Shown: positions 16,530-25,219 of the stretch, piece by piece
How positions within the stretch are numbered: position 1 is the first letter of the stretch
How the letters are laid out: each line of letters begins with the position of its first letter
IMG/VR virus record: IMGVR_UViG_3300034127_000032
Span: 2,587 to 66,586 of that record
Reading direction: 5' to 3' (one strand)
Length of the DNA stretch: 64,000 nt
Origin: a virus
Lineage: Duplodnaviria; Caudoviricetes
Position numbers and translations under genes: made by a program
Notes under the pieces: model-generated
What the model saw: the letters and a program-made list of their open reading frames with translations, nothing else
What the model was told of the DNA's origin: nothing
The model's database searches: none

Positions 16530-16801
16530 CCGAACAAGTAATGGGCCGTATACACCACACGGAAAGTGGAGTGGTCTGCGCGCTTAACAGCGTTGGCCGA
16601 CAACTGCCAGACGATACCAAACTTTACGCGCACCCGGCCGAACACGAAGAAACTGACGCTGAGTCTCGCACAGCTTGGATTGCAGTTGTGCTGCAGAAAT
16701 ACCCCAACGCCAAGATTGAGGTTTTGGCAACTGTTGCAAACGCCAGCAACAATGCTATTGGTATTGGTAGCTGGACACCACACGCTTGGTACGTAAAATG
16801 A
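16526..16801 (+). CDS. Hypothetical protein
   Basis: ATGA overlap, GGAG RBS. Confidence 0.55.
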   Translation: MTEQVMGRIHHTESGVVCALNSVGRQLPDDTKLYAHPAEHEETDAESRTAWIAVVLQKYPNAKIEVLATVANASNNAIGIGSWTPHAWYVK

Positions 16802-16980
16802 CCAGAGAAGAATTTGAGGCGCCATACATGGATAAGAACGGCCCTTATGGAAAACACGGCTATTTACTTTTAGAAGTAATCGACGCACAATGGCGAGCAA
16901 TAGGAAAAGTGCGCGGTAAAGACGGCGACTACGTAGACCCTGAAACTCAACTAGCTTGGGAAGAGGCACAAAAGCAATGA
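16798..16980 (+). CDS. Hypothetical protein
   Basis: ATGA overlaps on both sides. Confidence 0.55.
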   Translation: MTREEFEAPYMDKNGPYGKHGYLLLEVIDAQWRAIGKVRGKDGDYVDPETQLAWEEAQKQ

Positions 16981-18221
16981 CCACAAACAAATTTGTAGTT
17001 ATCGAAAGCGCTGGTAAGCCAATCAAGGCATGGATACGCGGCGTGCAAGTTGAAGACGCAGCTGAACAGCAACTACGCAACTTAGCAAGTCTGCCCTTTA
17101 TCCACTCACACATTGCCGTTATGCCAGACGTCCACTACGGAATGGGCGCCACTGTGGGTAGTGTGATCGCAACCAAAGGCGCAATTATTCCAGCGGCTGT
17201 TGGCGTGGACATTGGCTGCGGAATGTCAGCTCAACGCACATCATTGATGGCAAGCGATTTACCTGACAACTTGCTTGGCTTACGCACGGAGATTGAAAAG
17301 CGCATTCCGCACGGCCGAACCAACAACGGTATGCCGGGAGACCGCGGCGCCTGGGATGTATGCTCGCCAGGTACAACAGTTGGTTTGCACGTTGGTGAAG
17401 TAGACAAACTACTACATCAACTTCAACAAATTGTAGCCAAGCATCCAAAGCTTGATAAGCCAGCGCGTCGAGCTTTGACTCACGCTGGTACACTTGGCAC
17501 AGGCAACCACTTTGTAGAGGTTTGCCTAGACGAGACCGATCGGGTCTGGATTATGCTGCATTCCGGCTCACGCGGTATCGGTAACGCAATTGGTAGTTAC
17601 TTTATTGAAAAAGCCAAGGAGGATATGAAGCGCTGGTTTATCAACTTGCCAGACAAAGACCTTGCCTACTTCCCACAGGGCTCGGAGCTATTCCGCGATT
17701 ACTGCGAAGCGGTAGAATGGGCGCAGAACTTTGCGCGGCTCAACCGTGACTTGATGATGTCGGCTGCAGTAGCCGCTTTGCGACAAGCTGTACCAAAACC
17801 GTTTACGCTGGATGAGACAGCAGTCAACTGCCACCACAACTACGTTAGCTGGGAAAACCACTTCAACGAAAATGTGATGGTGACCCGCAAAGGCGCTGTT
17901 CGTGCGCGTGAAGGCGAGCTAGGCATTATTCCAGGCAGCATGGGTGCACGGTCGTTTATTGTACGCGGCAAAGGAAACAAAGACTCGTTCTGCTCCTGCT
18001 CTCATGGAGCTGGTCGAGCAATGAGTCGAACCGAAGCACGACGCCGGTTTACGTTGGAAGACCACATTGCGGCCACTGTGGGTGTAGAATGCCGCAAAGA
18101 TGAGGAGGTTATTGATGAAACACCAGCCGCTTATAAGGATATTGAGGCCGTGATGGCTGCTCAGTCCGATCTTGTTGAGATTGTCCGTACACTACGGCAA
18201 GTTGTTTGTGTTAAGGGGTAG
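16977..18221 (+). CDS. rtcB: RtcB 3'-phosphate/5'-OH RNA ligase
   Basis: VMPDVH.G, VGVDIGCG, GTLG.GNHFVE, LHSGSRG, CHHNY, RKGA, PGSMG, SHGAGR, DETPAAYKDI. Confidence 0.96.
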   Translation: MTTNKFVVIESAGKPIKAWIRGVQVEDAAEQQLRNLASLPFIHSHIAVMPDVHYGMGATVGSVIATKGAIIPAAVGVDIGCGMSAQRTSLMASDLPDNLLGLRTEIEKRIPHGRTNNGMPGDRGAWDVCSPGTTVGLHVGEVDKLLHQLQQIVAKHPKLDKPARRALTHAGTLGTGNHFVEVCLDETDRVWIMLHSGSRGIGNAIGSYFIEKAKEDMKRWFINLPDKDLAYFPQGSELFRDYCEAVEWAQNFARLNRDLMMSAAVAALRQAVPKPFTLDETAVNCHHNYVSWENHFNENVMVTRKGAVRAREGELGIIPGSMGARSFIVRGKGNKDSFCSCSHGAGRAMSRTEARRRFTLEDHIAATVGVECRKDEEVIDETPAAYKDIEAVMAAQSDLVEIVRTLRQVVCVKG

Positions 18222-18235
18222 TCGGTAGAAGTAAC

Positions 18236-18262
18236 AAAGCCCTCTTAATTGAGGGCTTATTT
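18236..18262 (+). terminator. Rho-independent terminator
   Basis: AAGCCCTC-ttaatt-GAGGGCTT. Confidence 0.7.
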
Positions 18263-18303
18263 GTTTAGGATATTGTCAACAGCCGCTTGATACGAACAAT
18301 TGA

Positions 18304-18332
18304 TTGTGCGTGCTTGTCAGCTTTGGCATAAT
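18304..18332 (+). promoter_or_regulatory. sigma70-type promoter
   Basis: TTGTGC-17-CATAAT. Confidence 0.6.
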
Positions 18333-18366
18333 AGACACATCAAGACGAACAACGGAGCAATACGAG

Positions 18367-18699
18367 ATGAGCAAAGTACGGCCGAGCAACATACAGATGA
18401 TTTATGCAATAGGCCCTACTGGGCAGATACGCGCAGTAGTACCCCCGGCAGTTGATGGTTGCCTTCCTTGTGACGGAAGAGCTCTTCGAAAGGAAGATTG
18501 GCCAGCGTTGTACACGGCTGTTGGCGATGTGTTTTCTGAAAAACTAATAACCGTCCCAATTGCGCAAAAGTGGTGGCAACGCTTGTTCCGCCTCAAGGTT
18601 AAAACCAAGATAGTGCCAAACCCTGCCTACAACGAAAGCGAATTTAGACTGCCTGATCTTAGAGGGCGGTATTTCGTCAGTGGCAAAAGGATTAGCTAA
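18367..18699 (+). CDS. Stand-alone phage tail-collar domain protein
   Basis: G.I.A...P.DGCLPCDGRAL....WPALYTAVG...FRLPDLRGRY; GGAG RBS. Confidence 0.75.
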   Translation: MSKVRPSNIQMIYAIGPTGQIRAVVPPAVDGCLPCDGRALRKEDWPALYTAVGDVFSEKLITVPIAQKWWQRLFRLKVKTKIVPNPAYNESEFRLPDLRGRYFVSGKRIS

Positions 18700-18714
18700 A
18701 ACCACGCCAACCTC

Positions 18715-18735
18715 AAGCCCCTTAATTGGGGCTTT
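18715..18735 (+). terminator. Rho-independent terminator
   Basis: AAGCCCC-ttaatt-GGGGCTTT. Confidence 0.75.
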
Positions 18736-18762
18736 GTCAGTATAACCAAATGGAGAATCGCC

Positions 18763-19020
18763 TTGAGCCAACTTGCCAAAGACATTATTGAAGCAATGCA
18801 GCGCGTAGCTATTGAAAAGCAACGGCCTTGCATTGTCAGCCTTGAAGGCTACGAGTTCCGCTGCACGCCTAAGCGCGTTGGCCCGCCTGAAACCTTCTTT
18901 TTGGTCAATGGCTGTTACTTTGCGGAAGGCGATGTCAAACGCTTTGTGACTACTTTTGCTAAGTCAAAGCCAATTGCGGCTACTGCTGTTCTGAACGCTT
19001 TAAAAGCTGTAGAAAGCTGA
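18763..19020 (+). CDS. Hypothetical protein
   Basis: TTG start with GGAG RBS. Confidence 0.55.
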   Translation: MSQLAKDIIEAMQRVAIEKQRPCIVSLEGYEFRCTPKRVGPPETFFLVNGCYFAEGDVKRFVTTFAKSKPIAATAVLNALKAVES

Positions 19021-19184
19021 GGCTTCCAGAAGGCTATGGCCGCCAATAAGCTCCGTGGCTCAGTTTTGCTTTGTAGGCCTAGTAAAATGTATAGGACACG
19101 GTCCGGATGCCTCTACGGAGGCCAGGGACGTGTAGCGTTAAACTTTCAAAGGCCATTTCAGGCCATTAATTTATAGGTGATTGT

Positions 19185-19454
19185 GTGGAAAAAATTACTG
19201 TAACACCAAATGTTGTGCGTCTTGACGTCAAGCAAGCCGATGTAGAAGTTGAGGGTCTTATTGGCTACGCAGTACATTTTGAACTTTCTACCGGCCAGTC
19301 GTTTACGCTATCGACTGTAGCTATGCAAAATATCTTAGCAATAAGCGAACGTAGCAGTTCAAGCGTGCTGGTGCAAGTAAGTCCGCGCGATCCTCGCCTA
19401 GTCGGTATTGGCGTTGTCTATGCTGACCAGTATCCGCTGGAGGGAGCAAAATGA
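19185..19454 (+). CDS. Hypothetical protein
   Basis: GTG start with AGGTG RBS. Confidence 0.55.
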   Translation: MEKITVTPNVVRLDVKQADVEVEGLIGYAVHFELSTGQSFTLSTVAMQNILAISERSSSSVLVQVSPRDPRLVGIGVVYADQYPLEGAK

Positions 19455-19705
19455 AATACATTGTGACCAAAGATGAGAACGGTAAAGAAGAAATCTTTAT
19501 CTTTTCCAAAGCAATTAATCACGATTGCTTTGCTGAAGCCATTAGCCGAATTCGTGACCAATCTACCGGCCGGTGGCGTCGAATTGATCGCGAGCCAATT
19601 GCAGCTGGCTTTACTGACGGCAAGCAATGCCTCGGCCGTAGCGAGACACTAAATCTTAATTCGCGTGGTCGTCTTGACGAAATGCTTATTGACGGTAATG
19701 GCTAA
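19451..19705 (+). CDS. Hypothetical protein
   Basis: GGAG RBS, ATGA overlap. Confidence 0.65.
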   Translation: MKYIVTKDENGKEEIFIFSKAINHDCFAEAISRIRDQSTGRWRRIDREPIAAGFTDGKQCLGRSETLNLNSRGRLDEMLIDGNG

Positions 19706-19935
19706 TGGCTGACTTACTTAGCAAAGCAGAGTTTGACAATCTTCCACATCCGCTGTACCTTCGATGCTTTGGCAGTGAGCAATGGTGGCCTGCCGAAAGT
19801 ATTTGTGTGCAGACAGGGCTCACGCGCATAGACGTTTGTGGTAAACTAGATCGTATTGAGTTCGGCAGCGTTGCTCAGGTACGCGACGCTGACGGAAACT
19901 TGTTTGAGCCGGAAGACTTTTATTTGGAGGATTGA
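19705..19935 (+). CDS. Hypothetical protein
   Basis: TAATG coupling. Confidence 0.6.
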   Translation: MADLLSKAEFDNLPHPLYLRCFGSEQWWPAESICVQTGLTRIDVCGKLDRIEFGSVAQVRDADGNLFEPEDFYLED

Positions 19936-20117
19936 TGGGAACAGCTAGCGCAGAACGTCGGCTTGAAAAAGACCGAGCAAAAGCGTTGCGTGCACTTAAG
20001 CTTTGGGAGCGTGGTCACGATTTGCTTTCAATCTCACAAATGGCCGGAATTCCGGTCGGTAGCGTCACCAAGCGTATTGACCTTGGTCGACGACTGCGTG
20101 AAGCAGGTATTAAATAA
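19935..20117 (+). CDS. Small helix-turn-helix protein
   Basis: LWERGHDLLSISQMAGIPVGSVTKRI, like a sigma region 4 HTH. Confidence 0.55.
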   Translation: MGTASAERRLEKDRAKALRALKLWERGHDLLSISQMAGIPVGSVTKRIDLGRRLREAGIK

Positions 20118-20354
20118 ATGGATCCTCTACTGAAAGAATTTGCTCAAGCAATTGTTGACAAGCAAGAAGACAACGAATGGGCTTGCTGTCAGTTTTGCGG
20201 TGAGCGTCATTACCACATTATTTTAGACGCTGAAGGCAATGATCTGCCATTTGACAAATGGGTAGAAAAATGCGATCACCTTCCCGGCTGCGTTGTGCTG
20301 AAAGCTGAGCTACTATTGGCTACTGAGCTTTTGCTGGAAAATAAAAATGTATAA
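20118..20354 (+). CDS. Hypothetical Cys/His protein
   Basis: CCQFC...CDH..GC. Confidence 0.55.
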   Translation: MDPLLKEFAQAIVDKQEDNEWACCQFCGERHYHIILDAEGNDLPFDKWVEKCDHLPGCVVLKAELLLATELLLENKNV

Positions 20355-20463
20355 AGTCTGCGAGTACTGCGCCACAATTGTACAAGTGGCTTGCTTGATT
20401 TGCCCGGTTTGCAAAGCACCTAACCAGTCACAGTTTAAATACGTTCCAATTCCTTTACATTGA
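20347..20463 (+). CDS. 38 aa zinc-ribbon microprotein (not in ORF track)
   Basis: KVCEYC...ICPVC, two CxxC pairs. Confidence 0.5.
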   Translation: MYKVCEYCATIVQVACLICPVCKAPNQSQFKYVPIPLH

Positions 20464-20473
20464 GACTAACTAA

Positions 20474-21067
20474 ATGACGATCAAATATAACGTGTCCGGT
20501 GCCAAAGCACGCAACGGTAAAGAAATTGCACCAATGTCCTTTGGCGATCGGGCTGAAGCTGAACGCTTTGCTAAATATCATGAAGGCTTGAGCGTTCCAC
20601 AAAACCTTCGCAGGCGCCCTGGGACTGTACAGGCGTTTAGCAACGATCGTAAAGACTTTGAGCCCACAGCTAAGCAAACTGAAGCGGCTGAAAAGTTCTT
20701 TGCCCGATCAGCCGAAAGCTTGGCATTGCACCACCAAGAAATAGGCCGACTTACGCGCGTTCAAGATATTGTCAACATAACTGCACAACCGCTTGACAAT
20801 GAGTCCGACGCAGACAAATACGCTGCGTGTGAAGACGCGGTTAAAATGAACGACAATATGCGCAAGTACGGAACAATTGATATCCCGCAATCTGCCACTG
20901 TGGGTAATCCTAACGCTGATCTTGAGACAGCGTATGAGATGGGTTTTCTTGCAGCCACTCAGCGCTTTACTCCGTTTACTTCAGTAGATTATACTGAATC
21001 GCAAGACTACGCCGACCAACGTCGGTCTGACCTTAAAGAACTTGTAAGCTACGATCGTAGCATTTAA
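20474..21067 (+). CDS. Hypothetical protein
   Basis: 197 aa ORF in operon. Confidence 0.65.
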   Translation: MTIKYNVSGAKARNGKEIAPMSFGDRAEAERFAKYHEGLSVPQNLRRRPGTVQAFSNDRKDFEPTAKQTEAAEKFFARSAESLALHHQEIGRLTRVQDIVNITAQPLDNESDADKYAACEDAVKMNDNMRKYGTIDIPQSATVGNPNADLETAYEMGFLAATQRFTPFTSVDYTESQDYADQRRSDLKELVSYDRSI

Positions 21068-21081
21068 CCGGAGAAAGCAAA

Positions 21082-21510
21082 TTGATTATCACACAAACAG
21101 AAACACTTGTAGCGCTTGTAACCCAACTTGGCTTGTCGTCGACTGTGCCAATCGACCGGAACCTGTACGCCACCGGGCCAATGATCCTTGGTAGTTCAAC
21201 CTACCTTGAACCTGGCGATTACTTTCGTTACAGCGGTCTAAAATCAATTACGCTTAAGCGCACAACAGCTACAGCAGGTCCGCTAAAGCTGGCAGTGTTT
21301 CGACATTTCCAAGGCGAGCGCATTGAGGTCTTTACAACAATTTTGCCAGCCGATCGCCTTGAGCAGCTAACTCTCAACGACGCTCAAAGCCTTTTTGAAG
21401 TTGTTGTCCCTCAGTCTACGGACATTTGGGAGCTGTATGTGACAGCAGATAATACAGGCGCCGAAGCGTGGCCTGTAGGAGCTGCTGTACAGCTGATCCT
21501 CACGCCATAA
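21082..21510 (+). CDS. Hypothetical beta-rich protein
   Basis: TTG start with GGAG RBS; Thr/Val/Leu-rich alternating strands. Confidence 0.6.
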   Translation: MIITQTETLVALVTQLGLSSTVPIDRNLYATGPMILGSSTYLEPGDYFRYSGLKSITLKRTTATAGPLKLAVFRHFQGERIEVFTTILPADRLEQLTLNDAQSLFEVVVPQSTDIWELYVTADNTGAEAWPVGAAVQLILTP

Positions 21511-21518
21511 AATAAAGT

Positions 21519-21547
21519 TGTACAGCGCCGCGGAAACGCGGCATACT
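21519..21547 (+). promoter_or_regulatory. sigma70-type promoter
   Basis: AATAAAGT-TGTACA-17-CATACT. Confidence 0.6.
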
Positions 21548-21692
21548 TATATCTAATCATAATCAAGACGGAGCAAGAAAATGAAATATTCGTTTAACGA
21601 TTTTCTGACAAGCGACGCTTGCTGCGTCTTGACCTTTGTTGTGCTGGTTATCAGCGCTTTCAACTTGGTTGCTCATTGCTTTTGAGGCGTGT

Positions 21693-21989
21693 ATGAACAT
21701 TGAAGAAGAGCGTAAAGCTTTTGAGATTGATCAAGTAAAGCGCCACCCGAGTTGTGATTTGCGGCGTTGGGCTGAAGCTTACCGAAGTAACATTGTTGAA
21801 GCTGCCTTTCAGTCATGGCTTGCTGCCAAAGAGCACGCTGCTGAAATGGCCAAGCCAACAGCAACAGTAAAACAAAGTATTCAGACTGGTTGGTGGGTTT
21901 ATTACGACGTCTACCAACGTGGCGAGTTTAAAAGTAAAGAAGCCGCCGAAAAGTGGCTCAACGATCGCGGCTATCGGGTGATTGAATGA
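21693..21989 (+). CDS. Hypothetical protein
   Basis: GAGG RBS before MNIEEERKAFE; AAFQSWLAAK. Confidence 0.6.
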   Translation: MNIEEERKAFEIDQVKRHPSCDLRRWAEAYRSNIVEAAFQSWLAAKEHAAEMAKPTATVKQSIQTGWWVYYDVYQRGEFKSKEAAEKWLNDRGYRVIE

Positions 21990-22318
21990 AAATTCGCATA
22001 ATGCATACAGGTAGCTGCTTAGCTGTAGGCGGCGGAACTGAGGACGACGCTTGTCAGTGTGGCCAACACGCGTTTATTGAACGTTTACGCACATTGCGTC
22101 TTTGGCATTGGAAGCTTGGCCTCAAGCATCGTCAAGGCCAGTACGATCTTGAAGCACTGCAAGTTGAGCGTAAAAAGTCTAGCAGTTTGAAAGACTGTAT
22201 CAAAACGTATAGCGATGCAGCCAACGTTCACTTTACCGCTGTGCAGACACTTAACGAATTTTTCCCGATCGGCGACACAGCAGAGCGAGACGCTGAAAAT
22301 GCCAAACAAAATAATTAG
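21986..22318 (+). CDS. Hypothetical protein
   Basis: ATGA overlap. Confidence 0.55.
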   Translation: MKIRIMHTGSCLAVGGGTEDDACQCGQHAFIERLRTLRLWHWKLGLKHRQGQYDLEALQVERKKSSSLKDCIKTYSDAANVHFTAVQTLNEFFPIGDTAERDAENAKQNN

Positions 22319-22592
22319 CGGTGGCCGAGCTGCTGCAAATGGAACAACCCGCATTTATATTGGGCGCGGAAGTCATTACGGCAATCCTTTTCACATTAAT
22401 CAGCATGGTACGCGTGAGCAAGTGATTGAGCTTTACAAAAGTTACTTTTACGCAAATCCTGTTTTGATGAACCTTGCTAAATGCTATTTGAAAGACAAAA
22501 CATTAGTGTGCCATTGTAAGCCACTTGCTTGCCACGGCGACGTAATTGCTGAATACCTTAAACAATTTGACAATGAGTGGTTTGGACAATGA
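22299..22592 (+). CDS. DUF4326 protein
   Basis: IYIGRGS.YGNPF...TREQVIELY...L..KTLVCHCKPLACHGDVI. Confidence 0.85.
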   Translation: MPNKIISGGRAAANGTTRIYIGRGSHYGNPFHINQHGTREQVIELYKSYFYANPVLMNLAKCYLKDKTLVCHCKPLACHGDVIAEYLKQFDNEWFGQ

Positions 22593-22753
22593 ACCTTACA
22601 AGCGTTGACTACAAAGCTTTTTGGCAAGGTCGCCCGCAGCTGAAGCCTATTGGCTACATCGGCGTTGTCGGAAACAAGTTTGACCAAACAGCTGCACTTG
22701 CCATTGCACGTATCGACAAAGTACGCGCGCAAACACGCTTGGAGACTAAATAA

Positions 22754-23389
22754 ATGACAACTATTGTGAGTTGGCTTACTGCGCCGTACGGCGCCACTGC
22801 TTACCAGCCGTCTGGGCCTGAACAGTATGAGGGCTGGTATAAAAAGGATGCAAATGGCGAAGTAGAATGGTGGCAAATTGGTCATCAAGGCAAGGAACAA
22901 TGGACTTGGATGGGCGGCCGAAGAGACTATCCGTATGGTGCTATACTCCGGCCTGCTGAAACGGTTACAGTTAAAATTGAACCCGGCAACGGTGCGCTTG
23001 GTACTGTGGTTGTTGACTGGAGCAAAGCGCCAGAAGGCACAATGGGCTTTCATCCGCAAGCAAACGGTTATGTTGACCATTGGGTAAAATGGGCTGAAAA
23101 CGGCGATAACTGGTTTTGCACTAGAGGCTTTGAGGCAGGCGGTTGGGTTAAGTATGAAGTAAACCTTAATAGTATGTCGCCACGCTATCGTTCAACAATA
23201 GTTGTACGGCCCGTTGAAATGCCGCATACCTTTGATAATAAAATGTTGGACGCATGGATGGAATACGCCAATAACTTTCGACAAACTATTGGCGTTCAGT
23301 CCGCGCAAGAAGCAAAGCTACGCGGTGAAATTTCTTTAGAGTTATTTGCAGCCGGGTTTGAGGCCGGTGTAAAGGCTAGTCAAACATGA
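22754..23389 (+). CDS. Trp-rich hypothetical protein with an internal duplication
   Basis: W..APYGAT and WSKAPEGT repeat units. Confidence 0.65.
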   Translation: MTTIVSWLTAPYGATAYQPSGPEQYEGWYKKDANGEVEWWQIGHQGKEQWTWMGGRRDYPYGAILRPAETVTVKIEPGNGALGTVVVDWSKAPEGTMGFHPQANGYVDHWVKWAENGDNWFCTRGFEAGGWVKYEVNLNSMSPRYRSTIVVRPVEMPHTFDNKMLDAWMEYANNFRQTIGVQSAQEAKLRGEISLELFAAGFEAGVKASQT

Positions 23390-23676
23390 AAGAGCTTATT
23401 GGAATACTTAACAATCCGCTTGCTCCAGCGCAAACAGCTGACGAGCAGTATGATGTTATGCTTGACTTAGCCGGCAAGGGTTATACACTTCTTATTGTAG
23501 GGCGCAACATAGACCCAAACGACGAATTGCTACAAAAACTTGAGCTCAGCGGGATGTTTAAAGCACAGTTTGAGCTTCGACCATTTGACCGAGTAAAATA
23601 CAGCCGGGTCAAAGGCTCGTTTCTTTCCGGCGCGCAAGGTCAAGGTCCACGCGATAAATGGGGTAAAGCTAAATGA
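23386..23676 (+). CDS. Hypothetical protein
   Basis: ATGA overlap. Confidence 0.55.
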   Translation: MKELIGILNNPLAPAQTADEQYDVMLDLAGKGYTLLIVGRNIDPNDELLQKLELSGMFKAQFELRPFDRVKYSRVKGSFLSGAQGQGPRDKWGKAK

Positions 23677-23906
23677 GCAATAAACAGCTTATACAAGCGT
23701 ATCAGGATATAGTTATTTTGTACGCATTGCAACTTATGTGCAGTGCGTCTTGGAATTGGAAAATGCTTAATAAATACGCGTATATTCAGCGTGCACCGTT
23801 AGCGCCAAACTCGCAGGAATTGTTGCGCACGATCGCGCGATTAATGGTGGACAAAGCCGCGGCTTGCCGTCGCACTACGGAGATAACGGCCACTGTGGGT
23901 AAATAG
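23673..23906 (+). CDS. Hypothetical protein
   Basis: ATGA overlap. Confidence 0.5.
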   Translation: MSNKQLIQAYQDIVILYALQLMCSASWNWKMLNKYAYIQRAPLAPNSQELLRTIARLMVDKAAACRRTTEITATVGK

Positions 23907-23907
23907 G

Positions 23908-23936
23908 TTTACGTCTTTTATTTATTAGCGTATAAT
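23908..23936 (+). promoter_or_regulatory. sigma70-type promoter
   Basis: TTTACG-17-TATAAT. Confidence 0.75.
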
Positions 23937-24016
23937 TGCTTTAGCTTCTATGGTGCTGAATCGTCCTACGTTCCCAATGTCGTTGTAGGCAGCACCACCC
24001 AATTAAAGGAATTGAT

Positions 24017-24211
24017 ATGACTCGTGCAGAGGAATTGCTTGTAGGAAACCAACTGGCAGGCCGCGTGCGCAAAGCTGCACAAAAAGTTTGTGCTGGCATG
24101 TCGCGTGATCACGTTCGCAATAAAGACGTTTACATGTTTACAGATGGCAGTCGTATTGTAGTTTGTAAAAACAAAGTAATGCTTGAGTTTACTTCTAAGT
24201 CCGGAATTTAA
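24017..24211 (+). CDS. Hypothetical protein
   Basis: AAGGA RBS. Confidence 0.65.
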   Translation: MTRAEELLVGNQLAGRVRKAAQKVCAGMSRDHVRNKDVYMFTDGSRIVVCKNKVMLEFTSKSGI

Positions 24212-24388
24212 TTAATGAAAGTGATTGACCCACAGCTGGCTAAGCTGTACATTCGTCTTGAGCGAGCGCTTAGTTGGAAAGCTATTTACTCACCAAACAG
24301 AGCAAGCGAAGACCCGGCTAACTACGGCTTTGGTCGGAAATTGCTGACTCGTTACAGACTGACATTAACCAACTAGAAGGATAATCCG

Positions 24389-24859
24389 ATGCAATATCTT
24401 TGTGAGCATCAGACACAACCATGCAAATTTTCTTGCGTGTCAACTAGCCTTGCAATATTAGCTGGTCGACCCGTGGAAGAGTTTTATGCTCGTTTTCACC
24501 AACGTTATTGGGAAGATCGGCTTTCTATTGGTGACGCGCTACGCGAGTTAGGCATTCCGTTTAAATCTTTTGATTCTGCTGAGCGCAATAGTATTGAAGA
24601 ACCCGCAATTTATCTTTGCAATGTGCCGTCGCTTAACGTAGTTGGCGGCGGGCATCAAGTTGTTATCGAGATATTAGACGACGCTGATTGGCGTGTGTAT
24701 GATCCTGCTCAAGGTGTATTGGTAGACGGACAACCGCGTAAATATTATACCGCGCATATTCCAGACAATGAGTCGGAACCGTTGGCTGTGCAGATGAAAG
24801 GCGGCTACAACGTCGACGCAGCAGTTTCTCACACTGATTTGCTGGAGTGGCGTGAATGA
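24389..24859 (+). CDS. Peptidase C39-like cysteine protease fold protein
   Basis: Q-x5-SC..TSLAIL.G, GGGHQVVI and VYDPA give a Cys-His-Asp arrangement. Confidence 0.6.
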   Translation: MQYLCEHQTQPCKFSCVSTSLAILAGRPVEEFYARFHQRYWEDRLSIGDALRELGIPFKSFDSAERNSIEEPAIYLCNVPSLNVVGGGHQVVIEILDDADWRVYDPAQGVLVDGQPRKYYTAHIPDNESEPLAVQMKGGYNVDAAVSHTDLLEWRE

Positions 24860-25143
24860 TGCTTTCAGCAATTGTTACCGTTTGCTTCGCGCTTGAAGGC
24901 AAACAGCCGCACTGTCTAATCTCAGCTTTAAGGTCCGCTAAATTTGATACAGTGACTGACTGCGAGTTAGAAATTAAAAACGCTGCGGTATTGCTTGAAG
25001 CAAATGTTAAGGAGCAAGACGCTACGCTTTTAACGTTTAGCAAAGGTGAATGTTTGGGCACAAAGCAGTTTGCTCAACGTATTAAAGACATACCGGCGTT
25101 TACTGACAGCCTTGGAGCCACCTACAGTCTACGCTTTTACTGA
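24856..25143 (+). CDS. Hypothetical protein
   Basis: Overlaps the upstream stop; followed by a terminator. Confidence 0.5.
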   Translation: MMLSAIVTVCFALEGKQPHCLISALRSAKFDTVTDCELEIKNAAVLLEANVKEQDATLLTFSKGECLGTKQFAQRIKDIPAFTDSLGATYSLRFY

Positions 25144-25219
25144 GAAACGGCCGCTAGTTATTAGCGGCTTTGTTTTAATTTCTTTTTGATATTACGCAAA
25201 CAGTAGAGGAGTTAGTATA

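Noticed and set aside
17148-17160. CACTGTGGG as a by-product of the peptide Thr-Val-Gly
   Set aside because: It could explain single sites, but the motif also occurs in the other two frames, antisense and in spacers.
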